This document shows positions 16,953 to 32,878 of a DNA stretch of 64,000 nt, piece by piece (positions within the stretch are counted from its first letter, which is position 1; each line of letters begins with the position of its first letter). The DNA is taken from NCBI RefSeq assembly GCF_009914755.1, contig NC_060927.1; one strand, written 5' to 3'. The stretch comes from the human T2T-CHM13v2.0 reference genome, Homo sapiens. A program made the translations under genes and the position numbers. The notes beneath the pieces are model-generated. The model was not told where the DNA came from and ran no database searches. It was given only the letters and a program-made list of their open reading frames with translations.

Positions 16953-18827
16953 CTATTAAAGAAAACCAGAAAAGTTACTACTTGTGGCCATATTTTTGTC
17001 CCCACAGCACAAAGACTACTACATTTAAAGAAGTTAGTAGGAAGCACTGTTAAGAAAAATTTCCCAAAATGTAGAGATAAGGGAAAGGAGAAGGGTGACT
17101 GCATGTTCTTTCAATGTCATACTGGAGCATTGTTTAACAGGCCCATAAAAAGGATTATTTAATTCTCTGGAAAGATATGCCTTTGTTTAACTTGTGTTTC
17201 ATTGATCAGGACCCAGACTGTATTAAGTTACATGTTAACTTGTAGATTTTTGTCTCAAAGAAATACAAATAACTTGTCTAGTAAAAAAGATTATGGTTAC
17301 AGTTTTATTGAACTATAGGACATTAACTGGTTTTGTATCTAATTTAGTAGTCTTTTCCAACATTCTCTCTTTCAGTGTCTCGGAGTCTCTTTGAACCAGC
17401 TTTACCATCCTGCTAGTTCACTTATTAATGAGTTAAACAAATCTTCGGCCCATGTCCATTTTTACTTGTGTGACAGCTATATTTTTAACTTTTTAAAAAG
17501 TATATTGTGACAATCACATTTTAAGTACTCTTCGAATTGAGGGAATATGCTAGATGCTTTCCTCAGGGACAAAATAATATATTTAGAAGGTGGCAGGGGC
17601 ACATAGGGACATATATGATATCCCTGGGGTTTATGGGTCAGGCATAAATTGGAAGTGACCCAGGACACAGCATCACATTTAAAAATCATACGCATATTTA
17701 GATGGCAATTCCAAATGAGAGCATCCTATCATACAAACCATTCCGATAAGCAAAACCCCATTATTGTAACGGTAGGTTAAGAGAGATTAGATAGTTAGTT
17801 GATTTCTTTTTTATTTTACATTCCAAAGTATTTTAGTAAAGGTGATTTTTTTTTTAAAGTCTTTGGAAGAAGAGCTTTGGAAATAAAGGTTTTTAGTGTT
17901 TTCATGTAACATAAAAAACAAAGCCAGATTTCATAATTTCACACATCAGTCAGTGCAAGCAAAACTCCTGCTATGCAAGAAGCAACACACAGATTGGAGG
18001 TACTGTACTTACTACAGCTGGCTACACTTAGCAAAAGAGAATTTACAACTGATCTCACTTCTGGAGACACAACCATTCTTGGGGATAGAAGCCCTTGGTT
18101 TTGCCTAGTAATAGAGTTAGATAGGAAAGGAGAAAGGGAATGGAAAATAGGAGGTGAAAGAAAAAAGTTATTTGAAAATACAGTTGGCAGCAGTAGAGCC
18201 AAGAATTTGACTGTATTATATACTAGGTAGCTTCAACATTTCTACTTCGGAAAGTTTATGCTAATGACAATTATGCCAATTGTACTAGAAAAAAAATTTT
18301 ATTGGTAAAAATTAGTACCTTTCTATAATTTTAAGACCCGGATACTCTAGGGCAAAGGATCTTTAAATAATATACACTTTATTTAAAAAAACAACAAAAC
18401 ACTAATATATTGCTATGCATTTCAAATCTTTGGCTTAACGGGAAAATCTAGTTTTTCATTTTTATCGTTAACACCTAATTTCTCTCTTATTTTAAAAATC
18501 ATGATTTCATAAAAACAATTTACAGAATTTTAGAGCAAATTTATAAAGCTTTATGAATGATTGTTATTATCCTTGCCCTGTTAATAGGTTAAATTGATCA
18601 GACTGTATCCTAAAAAGAATCCTAAATAAACAAATGGATGGAAATAAGTACTTCTGTATCTCCGTGGCTGGAAAGGCAAAGTGGCAAATCTTTCTGGAAG
18701 GCAAGAGCTTAAAAAAATACACTTTTCAATTTAATCCATTAACTCTACTTATTGGAATATATCCTAGGAAAATAATCTGGGATTCAGACAAATATTTTGG
18801 ACAAAGATGTTAACAGCTGCAATACTG

Positions 18828-19139
<312 letters not shown>

Positions 19140-20648
19140 TTATAAAAAAAAGAAGGAAAAATCTAAAAGCCTCTCAAAAAAAACTTCAAAAAATGAGGAG
19201 CTGCTAAGTAAAGTAGGGTATATTTGAGTGGAATATCATATTGGTCATATAAAATAAGGTTTAAAGAGTTTTAAAACACATGGGAACATGGTTATGTTAT
19301 GATGTTAAGTTTTTAAAAAAATGGAGATGTAGAATTTCATGTACAACATAAGACGTAAAACTGTATGTACAATATCATTATAACCATGTTAAGTGGACAG
19401 AGAAAAATGGGGAAAATATGCCAAAATGTTAACAGCTGCTTTCTCTGGATGGTGGAATTATGGCTAATTTATTTCCTACTTATTTATCTCTTTATTATAA
19501 ATTTTCTACCATGAGCTCATATATGCACACGCATACACAAACACACAATAGGGATCTTTAAATAGCTTCTAATTTCCTGTATGTTATGACCCCTCTGATC
19601 CCCTATCAAGCCATCTTGGGCTGTCTGATATATATGAGCAGACTTGGTAAAAACAGATTTTCTCTAAAAATGCTTAACACTTCCTGAGTCCAATTACAGT
19701 AGTGTTAAGGATATGAGAACTGAGTAATGCACCAAAAACTGTATAATCATTTCTGAGTCAACAAAAAGGCAAGTAAAATTACACAAACACGAAAATAATT
19801 TGCAAATATATTATTAAAAAATGGTTAGAAGTAAACTGAAAAGGCTAGGCTCAAATTTTAGGCCAGTCATTTTGGTTCTTGCTCCTAACTCATTTTCAAA
19901 CATTATTTACAGAAGTCCAAGCTATTTGACATCCTCTGAAGTATATTTTCATTAAAATTCTATTTTGAGTATAGCCTTTGTTTAGCTGAGACAATTGGCT
20001 TAATATTTGAAGCCAAGAAAAACTCCCACTGAATGCGGAGGAAAAAAAAAGGCATTTGGGGCTGAATATTTCCAATTTGCTTGTAACAGTGAGTGTCTTA
20101 ATAAGAAACTGCTAAATTCTCAAATTTACCAGCATAGAAACCTTTATAAGTTGTAGTCTGTATAACTTAGTATGTAGTCTGTGTCTGAAGCACTATGACT
20201 TAAATCAAAACTACACATTCTAAAAACAGGAGAAAATGCCCTACTTCTTGGTACCATGGGTGTGGATTATCTTTTGTGGGAAAGTAAAAGGGAGACACGA
20301 CCTCTTCAAACTTAATTCCTGTGCATAACAAGAATTTTTTTAAAAACTAATTCAGAGTTTGCAATTTTTTAAAAAATCAGTTTTAACAAATTGCTCTTGT
20401 ACATTTCCTCTAATGTTTACAAAGAACTACTTTTACAGACAAACAGGACAGCTGGCTGTGTCTGTTGCTTCATAACAAACATAGGATCAGATAAAAAACG
20501 CAGCAAATGTTTGAAATCCAGCCTACCAACTGTCTAAGGAACCTTGGTATGAACAGCCTTTCCTGGAGTAGAGAGATTTTTCCTGCAAGGTTTCAAAAGA
20601 GACTTAAATGGACATATCACTAATAGGATTTCAAGTACCATAATTTAA

Positions 20649-21044
<396 letters not shown>

Positions 21045-21179
21045 AGCAAACTTTTTCTTAAAGGCCAGATATTTTTGGCTTTGGTGTCTGTGCAAGTAGT
21101 TCTTTGTAAACATTAGAGGAAATATACAAGAATTCAATGTAATACTGAAGACCAGGGTCAAATCTGAATGAGTTAGATT

Positions 21180-21399
21180 AGGGGTTAGCAAACTTTTTCT
21201 TAAAGGCCAGATACTTTTTGGCTGATGGTGGCCAGATATTTTTGGCTTTGGTGCAACTACTCAGCTCTGCCCTCATAGTGCAAAAACAGCCATAGAGAAC
21301 ATGTAAGTGAATGAGGGTGGCTATTCTCCAATGAAACTTTATTTACCAAAACAGATGGCAGCTGGAGTTGGCCCACAGGCTAGAGTTTGCCAACCCCTG
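21180..21399 (+). mobile_element. MER58A (hAT-Charlie)
   Basis: AGGGGTTAGCAAACTTTTTC...GCAACTACTCAGCTCTGCC...AAACTTTATTTAC...AGTTTGCCAACCCCTG with TIRs. Confidence 0.8.
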
Positions 21400-21489
21400 A
21401 ACGAGATTATCTGACGTTTGTAAATTAGGATCCCTGAATTCTTTTGAACTGGAACAGGCTCCTAGGATTTTCGAGCATTGCTTCCTCAC

Positions 21490-21622
21490 CTGCTTGGAGA
21501 GGGTAAAGGATTATAGACATTGCCATAGCAGCTGGTGTAAGAAGAATGTGCTGGAGTCTCGTAATCCGACAGCCCTATGGTTAACTGGGTCCTCCAGTTC
21601 CCAGAAGCATTTGTAGAAGACA
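21490..21622 (-). CDS. FRMD4B: FRMD4B penultimate coding exon (133 nt; SSTNASGNWRTQLTIGLSDYETPAHSSYTSCYGNVYNPLPSPS-R)
   Basis: TTTCCAG|TG acceptor, CAG|GTGAG donor, phase 1-2. Confidence 0.92.
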
Positions 21623-21982
21623 CTGGAAATAAAAATGGAAAAAGATAAAATTAATGGAAATATTAAAAGTGAAAAATTGTTAAGGTCATACAGAGGTACA
21701 TTGCAATCAGCTTTGTCAGAGGAGAGATTTAAGAGGGTTTGAAATAACAGAGTTCCTATTCCAATTTAGTGACTTCCTGGCTATGTGACCTTAGGCAAGT
21801 AGTTTATCCTCTTTAAGCCTCAGTTTCCTCATCTATAGAGTAGGGATAATAATATTAATATATTCTGTATAGGTATGATGCCAGGATTAAATAAGGTAAT
21901 TATGAAAATCTTTAGCACTGTACTTGATACAGAGTAAGTACTCAGTAAATAACTATTAATATTATTATTGAGAATAAGATTA

Positions 21983-22630
<648 letters not shown>

Positions 22631-23366
22631 TAATAATAACACATAAATAATTTTTAAAATAACTGAAAAGACAAGCAAGAAAACAATTCTCATATATTGC
22701 GAGAATCTTCCCATTCACGCTATGGTGTTATAAAGGTAAGGTGATGAGTCTGGGTTTGTCAGAGGCCTTGGAGGAAATGTGTTCCATAAGTTGACTTATT
22801 GAGACTTGACTATTCCTCAGCCAAAGACAACACTGGCCGCTAGCAAGATCAAGGCTATTTTTTGTCTTAAAAAAAAGTGTGTATGTGTTGGGGTGTGGAT
22901 TGGGGGAAGAGGCGAGGTGGTAAGTAGCACAGGAAGGAATTCAGGAAGAAGGGATTTAGTTCTACAGAGGAACTGAACTGGAACAAGACAAGGACATAAT
23001 TTGGGAGCGAAGCCCAACAAATGCCTCATCACTGGGCGTTTGTTGTCCTCTCTATAAAACCAGTTCTGCTCCACGCCTAGGATGGACAAGATAACCACAC
23101 GCCATGATACTCGTTCAAGACTCAAAAACCAGCACTGCCCTTTTTCCATTTCCTGTTTCTGGCTTCAGACCTACTCCTCTTCTCTCTCATACACACAAAG
23201 TGCCTGTGATCACTATGGGACAAACGCATTTCAAAACTCATCTGTGGCCCTGGATGTCATGAGGTGTTGACTAACAGATGTAACACTCTGAGTTTGAGCT
23301 TCCAAGCCATTTCCAAACTGAAATCAGAGGCTCTAAGCCTTGGTGGTTAAGATGTTAGAGCTGTGG

Positions 23367-23663
23367 GGCTGGGTGTGATGGCTCATGGTTGTAATCCCAG
23401 CACTTTGGGAGGCTGAGGTGGGAAGATCACTTGCAGCTAGGGCTTAGAGGCCAGCCTGGGAAACAGAGCCCAGTCTCTACAAAAAAATAAAATTAGCCAG
23501 GCATGGTGGTGTGTACTTGTAGTCCTAGCTACTTGGGAGGCTGAGGAGGGAGGATCGCGTTGAGCCAAGGAGTTTGAGACTGAGTGAGGTATAATAGTAT
23601 CACTGCACTCCAATGTGGGTGACAGACTGAGACTGTCTCTTTAAAAAAGAAAAAAAAAAAAAA
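23367..23663 (+). mobile_element. AluJ within a MIR
   Basis: Alu consensus; MIR core follows at about 23670-23900. Confidence 0.85.
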
Positions 23664-25082
23664 AGGAGCTGAGCTAGGACAGAATCCCCAGAATCCCCAT
23701 CCCACCACTTAGTAGCTTTGGAACTTGGGTTATTTAAACTCTGTAGCCAGAGTTGCCTAAGCTGCAAAATTAGGATGATAACAATAAGCATAACAATAGC
23801 AATCACTATATAGAACTGTTGCATACATTAAATAGGAGAGTGCATGTAATGTTCTGAATGTGCATGGCATCTAGTAAGCTGCCAACAAATGGTAGTTGTC
23901 ATTACTAAAACTGAGTCACCGAGAGATCCTTCAGGTGGCTGGAAGGGACTACAATGCCAGGACTAATCTGGCAAATAACTGGAAATTTATCACTCCATGA
24001 GAATGACGCCTGCCTGTTGTAATACATTTCTGCAGTTTTAAAGTGGAGACAGAAATGAGGGGAATTCCAGCAGGGAATTCTGGGAGTACTGATTCCACCC
24101 CTGTAGTTCTTTAAAGAGTGATGCCTTTTGGTCTGTGGGGCCACATCTTGCTGGTGTCAGCAAGGCTCACACCAGGTCTGAAACAGGAAGCTTTACCTCC
24201 ATTTCACCTTTACTAAGCTAGCAGCCAGGAATGTTGAGTTTCCTCAGTTAACACCTGCTTCCCCCAGGCACCACCCCAGCCCTGTGCCGTAGTGACCATC
24301 CACATGCATCTCAGCCCTCCTTGTTTGGTCTTTCCCTTGTAGTACTCTGTCTGTTCTGCCCAGGTTTGACCTGTGAAAGTTTCTCACATCTTGAACTTTA
24401 AGAGGAAGAAAGGTGTTTTCTAGGTCAGAGCCATAAATAAGAAATAATTACCGAAGCCCTTTCATATGTTAGATGTGGTAATAGATGGGACAGCCCTAGT
24501 GGAAGTCCAAAGTCCTGCACAAATAGGAGAGAACTTGAACCCAAATAGAAATCTCCATGGAAACGCCTCATCAACAAGTACATGAAACTTTTAAAGGTGT
24601 AGTTTTCACTTGACTATTATACAATGACTCAGGAATCCTTATACTATGTCTCACTAAGGTGTCATGTTAATAAGGGAGAAGGTGAGACTCATGACCTACA
24701 GGTTTTCTGGCAGTTTGAGAATTCATTCATTTCTTAGCGTTTTAAAATTGCTTAATTTTTAAACATTCCTCTGGCTGCTGACTCTGAGCTCATCGTGGCC
24801 AGGAACTAGTTCAACAATGGGTCCTCCACATCTTGAATGTGGCTGCTCATTTGCTGAATAAATAAAACCATACACAGAGCCTCCCCTATCTTCTATTTCT
24901 CTACTTAAAGTACCTAGTACAACTGGGAGTAGGCAGGAAGTCCTCCACAAATGTTAGCAGAGTTAGGGGCCAAAGTCAACATCAAGAGTATAAAGGAAAC
25001 ATCTCTAATCAAAATTATCTTTGAAAATCCCTTAAGTCAACCACAACATAGGTATATATGAATACTGAATTACAATATGCAT

Positions 25083-25232
25083 GGCCAGGCACTGCGGCTC
25101 TCACATGTAATCCCAACACTTTGGGAGGCCAAGGCAGGAGGGTTGCTTGAGGCCAGGAGTTTGAGACCAGCCTGGGCAACATAGCAAGACCCAACCTAAG
25201 CCTCCTTGTTTCTACAAAAAAAAAAAAAAAAA
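25083..25232 (+). mobile_element. Alu left monomer (FLAM-like)
   Basis: Single Alu arm followed by an A tail. Confidence 0.8.
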
Positions 25233-25860
25233 GCAAATTACTTAGAACAGTGCTTAATCAATGCCAGCTCCTATCAGGATTCTTACGAGCCTTATGCAGG
25301 CACTTGCCTAAGTACCTGCATAATCCCAGGCTTGCATTCAAAGCAGTCCTTAGATGATCAATCTTGGTGGTGAACCAGGAGGGATGTATAATTCTAATGT
25401 TTTCTGCTTACCTGAGGGTTTATTCTTTTAAAATATCAAGCCTCAATGACGTGAACACATTTAAGAGATGTGCCTGTCAACGTAAATCCTAAAAAGACAA
25501 AGCAAGTGAAACCCCTAACACATCCCAGCCTAGGCGACAGAGTGAGACTCCTTCTCAAAAACAAAAAACAAAAAACAAAAAAAAACCCTAAAACAGGGCA
25601 GCACAGAGAGTAAATGCTCAATCAATGTTTGCTGGATTTGAATCTACAATTTGCTTCATTAGACTCATGTGTACTGAGTTCTTTGGAGAGCTGGAAAGAA
25701 CTGTTTTTAAGTTGGAAATTCTTATTGTGGGGTTCCACCGAATGGTTGCCCCACTTTTGACCCTGAGTACTGGTCTCATGATCCGTCAGGCGGTTTTAGG
25801 TGGGCAGGAAACACGATGTAAATAAAATCCAGGTGTCGCGTGTTTTTACAGTATTCTCAC

Positions 25861-26672
25861 CTGAAGAGTACAAGGATGCACGACTGCTTGGAGAACAAGG
25901 TACTTGCAGCCCCGCAAACCCCAGGCATCTCTGTGATCCCCTGTCTGAGTCAAAGCTGGTCTGCGGGCTGTGTCCCTGATCCTTCTGCCCAGAGGCCCGC
26001 TGGTACCAGCCACGCAAGTGCTCGGCAACTAAGGCCTTGTGGATGTTTTTGGTGATGTGCTCCGATTTTGCAGCAGCCTTCCTTGGCAGCCGGAGAGTTG
26101 CATATGGGTTATGGGGTACCCGGTCGACCTCATCTTCGTGAAAGGATCTGCTGTAGTCCCTCTGGCGCTCATATCCATAGTGGGCTGAGGACCGGTAGGA
26201 AGGGTTGACACTATACTGTCCCTCGGTGTCATTCTCATAGACATAACCACCACTGTAATAAAAGTCACACTCTGCATAGGGTGTGTACCCGGCAATGTAG
26301 TAACTGGAAGACGGTGGCTCCTGACTCTTTGAGTAAACACCATTCCTCAAACTATCCTTTTGTGCTAGGTTGGGCATGCTTCCTGAATTTGAAGTAGAAA
26401 CATTCTGTTTCTTTGACCTCCTCCGACCCCTGGTGCGAGTGTCCAGGGTCTGGGTGGTGTAATAGGGGCCGGTAACTGGTGTCACACAGTAATACTCTGT
26501 GCTTGATTGGCTTGTATAAGAAGACCCGTCATCGAGGATTTCTGTGCTGCTGCTTCTTTGGGATTTGGAGAGGGAGAAAAATGGCTTATCGCTGTCCATC
26601 TCGGAGAGCAGATGGGACTGGGACTCCAGGCTTCCACTCCGCTGGCGGCAGTGCTGAGATGAAGATTCGGGT
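25861..26672 (-). CDS. FRMD4B: FRMD4B large coding exon (812 nt; PESSSQHCRQRSGSLES...SRASLYSS-V), Ser/Tyr-rich tail
   Basis: TTTCAG|A acceptor after a pyrimidine tract, CAG|GTGAG donor, phase 2-1. Core of ORF 25796..26911. Confidence 0.95.
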
Positions 26673-27559
26673 CTGAAAGAGGAGAAAGGCAAACTTCTCA
26701 ACACCAAGAAGAAAAGGAGGACCCAAATAAGAAAAAAGAATAGCATGCTGAATGACTGAATAGCTCGTGAATTACAATAGGACTTTGAGTTGCCAAAGCT
26801 GACTGCACAATAGAATCCATTGTTCTCCAAATCTGTTGGCTCACATGTAGGTTCATTTTGACCATGGTCAAAATGAGAAAAGAGCTGGCTTCTGTTAGTT
26901 GCGCAAGCCAAATCCTTCCTTGAGGGTAGGGAAAGACACAGACTGAGGATGCACAGTTTGCATCACAGCCTGGAAAAAAAAACAAAAACAAAAACAAAAA
27001 ACCCAACGTGTCTTTGGAGGGTCCTGTCTTCCTAGAGGATATGAAGATATGGTACATTCGAGTGGAGGTCAGAGGTGGCTGGGCTGAGTCATGGCACTGC
27101 TATTTCCCAGCTGTATGAGCTCAGGCCAGATATTTAACCTCTCTGAATCTTGCTTCCTCCTTTGTAAGATGAGGATGAAAACAATATATAATATCTACCT
27201 CACAAAAGGCTTGCTGTAGGGACTAAATAATCCAGTGAATATAAAACATTTAGCACAGCACTCACAAACATTTCAAAATGTTGCTATTGTTACTAACTTC
27301 ATCCTCACCATTGAATAATGAATGGTAATATGTGACTGGGGAAATTAAGGTACTAAAAATCTAATGTATATTTGAACAAATCAAATACATTTTCTTTGCC
27401 AACATATTTGAAACCATAAGTTAGCAGAAAATGTAAAACCATAAAACAAGGTCCTGCTACAGAAAGTCACTTGAAATGATTAAAAAACACAATAAAGCAA
27501 GACAGAACCTCAAAGCAAAAATCAAGACAGCTAAAGCAATGAGAAAGAAGCTCTCTTAC

Positions 27560-27679
27560 TCCAAGTGGCTGCTGCTGTAGGCGTTTCGGGTAAGAACTGG
27601 CGTGGTGGGCATGCTTCGTCCTCCCTGGGGCCGCCTCTCCAGAGTTTTGTAAGGGCTGCTGTGTGTGGACAGCATTTCT
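27560..27679 (-). CDS. FRMD4B: FRMD4B coding exon (120 nt; EMLSTHSSPYKTLERRPQGGRSMPTTPVLTRNAYSSSHL-E)
   Basis: CACAG|A acceptor, GGA|GTAAG donor, phase 2-2. GC/CpG-richer than the flanks. Confidence 0.92.
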
Positions 27680-28035
27680 CTGTGATGATAAAAAGAAGAA
27701 TTCAGGAAATGATGAGTCTCTCAACATCTCTGGCAAACTTGTCATAAGCAGATACAAAACTTACTAGAAGCCCAAGGAAAGGGAAAATAGGGAGAAAGAT
27801 AGGAAGAGTGTCTTTGTGGTTCACTAAACCACAAAGAAAACCCGCTAAAACAGCGGGAGCACATATGGTCTGACTTTCTGAGTCACAAATATGTAGGGAA
27901 AAAAAGGACTTTTAATAAAGAGTACACTGAATAAAAAGACTCAAAGCAACTAGAGCTGTTTATGTAGGCACCTGAACATTCAAAACAGTCCTTAGATGAT
28001 CAAATCTTTGTGGTGAACAGGGATGGATGTATAAT

Positions 28036-28367
28036 TCAGCAAACTCCTTTTTTGTAAACAGTCTAGAATACTAAATAGCTTTTGGCTTTGTGGGCCAGAT
28101 GGTCTCTAGAGCGACTACTCAGCTCTGCCCTTTCAGTGCAAAAGCAGCCATGGATAATATGTAAGAGAATGGGTGTGGCTGTGTTCCAAGAAAATGACCT
28201 ATGGATGCTAAATTTCATATCATTTTTACAGGTTGTAAAATATTATTGCTTTTGATCCCCCCACCACCAGCTACCTAAAAATATAAAAACCATTCTTAGC
28301 TCACGGTCTGCGCAAAAACAGGCAGCAGGATGGATTTGGCCACTGGACTGTTGTTTGCTGGTCCCTG
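28036..28367 (+). mobile_element. MER58B-like (hAT-Charlie)
   Basis: CAGCAAAC...GGCTTTGTGGGCCAGATGGTCTCT...ACTACTCAGCTCTGCC...AAAACCATTCTTAGCTC...GGATTTGGCC...CCCTG. Confidence 0.75.
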
Positions 28368-28429
28368 GACTAAGAACAACAGCTTTAAGTCACTATGTCT
28401 ACTTCCCAGCATGGTGACAACACAATTAG

Positions 28430-28744
<315 letters not shown>

Positions 28745-28819
28745 GAAGTTAATTTTTTTTAACTAAAAATAATTTTGATCAAATTTTACTTACTACAAAA
28801 GCAAGTCTAAGTTCATTAG

Positions 28820-29167
<348 letters not shown>

Positions 29168-29694
29168 GTATAATCTGATACCTTTTACATAGTCAGGCAA
29201 CATTAAATGTTTTCAGATTATTTTTCCTAAGCACATAAACTTATTAGCATGTATTTATATATAAACATACATATTTATTTTTTAACAAAACATGAGATTT
29301 ACTATATATTCTTTTTCAACGCTCACTTTTTAAAAAGTTAAGTTGTACCTAACATTTTATGTTGCTTACTATTTGCCTACAGTGTTATTTTAATGACTGC
29401 ATAGCATTTTATTGTATGGATTTACCATAATTTATTTAAATAATCAGCTAGTTGAACATGTGGTTTGTTTTCAATTTGCCAGTAGTGTAAGCAATGCTGT
29501 AATGAGCATCCTACATGTAGTTAGTTAATTCAGTAGTAAAATTCCTAAGTGAAATTGCTGGATAAAAAAGCAAATCCATCTTAAGTGATTGGAGATGTGG
29601 GTATAATAATTTTTAAGACAATGATTCCCAGCTATAATTCTTCCTTTTGCTGAAATAGCTTTGTTTTCCCTAACATAAGAAGCACACTTGTCTC

Positions 29695-29870
29695 ATGTTA
29701 TCCAATAGGACTTTCTGCAATGACAAAAATGTTCCGGGTCTGTTCTGACCAATATGATAGCCACTAGCCACATGTGGCTGCTGAGCATTTGAATTGTGGC
29801 TAGCATGACTGAGGAACCAAATTTTAAATTTTATTTACTTTTAATTAAATTGGCTAGCATGGCTGTAGCT
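29695..29870. mobile_element. MER3/MER33-like hAT relic
   Basis: TCCAATAGGACTTTCTGCAATGA...AGCCACTAGCCACATGTGGCT...TTTGAATTGTGGCTAG. Confidence 0.7.
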
Positions 29871-29983
29871 CCTTGGATCTCTTACCATTTCAGGCAAAAG
29901 TTCCTAAATGCTAATCCACAAACTGGGGCCGATATGTGATAAAGATTTCACTGCTCTTTAACAAATTAGAAATATAACAATGT

Positions 29984-30298
29984 GACCTGGCGCGGTGGCT
30001 CATGCCTGTAATCACAGCACTTTGGGAGGCCGAGGTGGGTGGATCACGAGGTCAGGAGATCAAGACCATCCTGGCTAATATGAAACACCATCTCTATTAA
30101 AAACACAAAAAAATTAGCCAGGTGTGGTGGCAGGCACCTGTAGTCCCAGCTACTCAGGAGGTTGAGGCAGGAGAATGGCGTGAACCTGGGAGGCGGAGCT
30201 TGCAGTAAGCTGAGATGGCACCACTGCACTCCAGCCTGGGTGGCAGAGTGAGACTCCGTCTCAAAAAAAAAAAAAAAAGAAAAGAAAAAAAAAAGAAA
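29984..30298 (+). mobile_element. AluY
   Basis: GAGATCAAGACCATCCTGGCTAA, AATGGCGTGAACC and GGAGCTTGCAG. Confidence 0.88.
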
Positions 30299-30672
30299 CA
30301 TAGCAATGTGGAGGTTATATTTTCATAAGTCACAATTTATCCACCTTGAATAATCTAATAATCTACCTTGATTTTGAGAATAATTTCCTTTATTTAAATT
30401 TTTTTAATTTATATTTTTGGCCCTTGTAGAGCAAATACTTCCCATCTTTGCTGAGATGTGGTATAACATGTTCACTGAAATCAGATCACAAGCTTTGGAT
30501 CCTGCCAAGTTCTAGGCTACCTAGGTTCAAACCTTGATTCCCATGTTTACTAGTTGATGAACCCAAAGAAGTTATTCATGGTCCCTGGCCCTCAGTGTGC
30601 TTATCTGTAAAGGGTAATGACAGTAGTAACACTATCAGGGTTGTCGTGAAGATTAAGTTCATTAATAAATTA

Positions 30673-31063
<391 letters not shown>

Positions 31064-31189
31064 TTAACATTACATTAAGTGAAATGTTAACTTCATTCGA
31101 TTAATATTGCCACAACGATAGTGAATATATTTTTTATATCAAAATGTCATTTCTTTCATGGATTCATGGTGCTATTTTTTTGAACATTT

Positions 31190-31799
<610 letters not shown>

Positions 31800-32225
31800 T
31801 GTGTTTGAAAATTTCTTTTTAGGCAAAGCAAACAGCTGGTAACTGTTTGTTTGCTTTTTAAAGATTGATCCATACAGCCAAGTTCTGGGAACCACTGGCC
31901 TGTCATGTTTCTAAAACCTGGTCTCATTGCCCTGATAATATTTACCTGAGATATTTGAGAAAATGCTTGGATTATCTATTTTACAGATTATGAGTTTAAG
32001 TCCCATGTTTATTTGCAGGACTGGAAATCAGTCCTGCTACTTGGTTTTGCAGAGTGGACTTTAACGACAATTTCCTTAGACCAGTGACTATAAAACTGAA
32101 CTGTGGACACTATGTCTAAATCCAGATGATAATTAATGTCCCTATAAGTTAATATAGATCAAATAGACTTTAAAGTCAAGGAAATGGTCAAATGCATTTT
32201 AAAAGACTTCTTAAAAACATTTTCA

Positions 32226-32510
32226 GCCAGTCACGGTGGCTCAAACTTGTAATCCCAGCACTTTGGGAGGCCGAGGCAGGCAGATCACCTGAGGTTGGGA
32301 GTTCGAGACCACCCGGACCAACATGGAGAAACCCCGTCTCTCCTAAAAATACAAAATTAGCTGGGTGTGGTGGCTTGTAATCCCAGCTGCTCGGGAGGCT
32401 GAGGCAGGAGAATTGCTTGAACCCAGGAGGCGGACGTTGCGGTGAGCTGGAGTTCACGCCGTTGCACTCCAGCCTGGGCAACAAGAGTGAAACTCCACCT
32501 CAAAAAAAAA

Positions 32511-32541
<31 letters not shown>

Positions 32542-32556
32542 GTATATATATGTATA
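32226..32556 (+). mobile_element. AluSp-like element with a (TA)n tail
   Basis: GAGGTTGGGAG and CATGGAGAAACC; TA microsatellite at 32510-32556. Confidence 0.85.
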
Positions 32557-32730
32557 TTCATTTGCTGTGAACAACAAACTGGGTTAGTTTCTATGCCCCA
32601 GTTTTACAAGATAACATCTTTTGGAAGGATAAATAAAAACATGTGAAAATGTATCAACCATACATTGCATTTTGGAGGAAAAATTTCCTAGCTGTGGGGC
32701 ATTAACCTTACTGATGATATGACCTCTCAC

Positions 32731-32878
32731 CTGGACTGCCTGGTATCCACAAACTGTTCATTGATGGACGACTTTCTGAAATGGATTCGCTCAATACCAA
32801 GAGACTTGGGGGGAAGAATTCTTGGAGAATGAGGTACTGAACTTGATCGCTGCCCAGGAAAAGTGAAGGCATCACTGG
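32731..32878 (-). CDS. FRMD4B: FRMD4B coding exon (148 nt; SDAFTFPGQRSSSVPHSPRILPPKSLGIERIHFRKSSINEQFVDTRQS-R)
   Basis: TAG|CC acceptor, CAG|GTGAG donor, open frame, phase 1-2. Confidence 0.92.

Noticed and set aside
26673-26911. In-frame upstream extension of the big exon with a signal-peptide-like MLFFFLIWVLLFFLVLRSL (ATG 26746)
   Set aside because: The ORF start is TTG and the Phe/Leu run is simply the translated polypyrimidine tract before a good TTTCAG acceptor. There is no promoter evidence.
27083-27092. ARE/AP-1-like ATGACTCAGC and other TGA(G/C)TCA sites (about 49442, 54532, 57591, 59415)
   Set aside because: Isolated short motifs, some within MIRs. They cannot be called functional from sequence alone.
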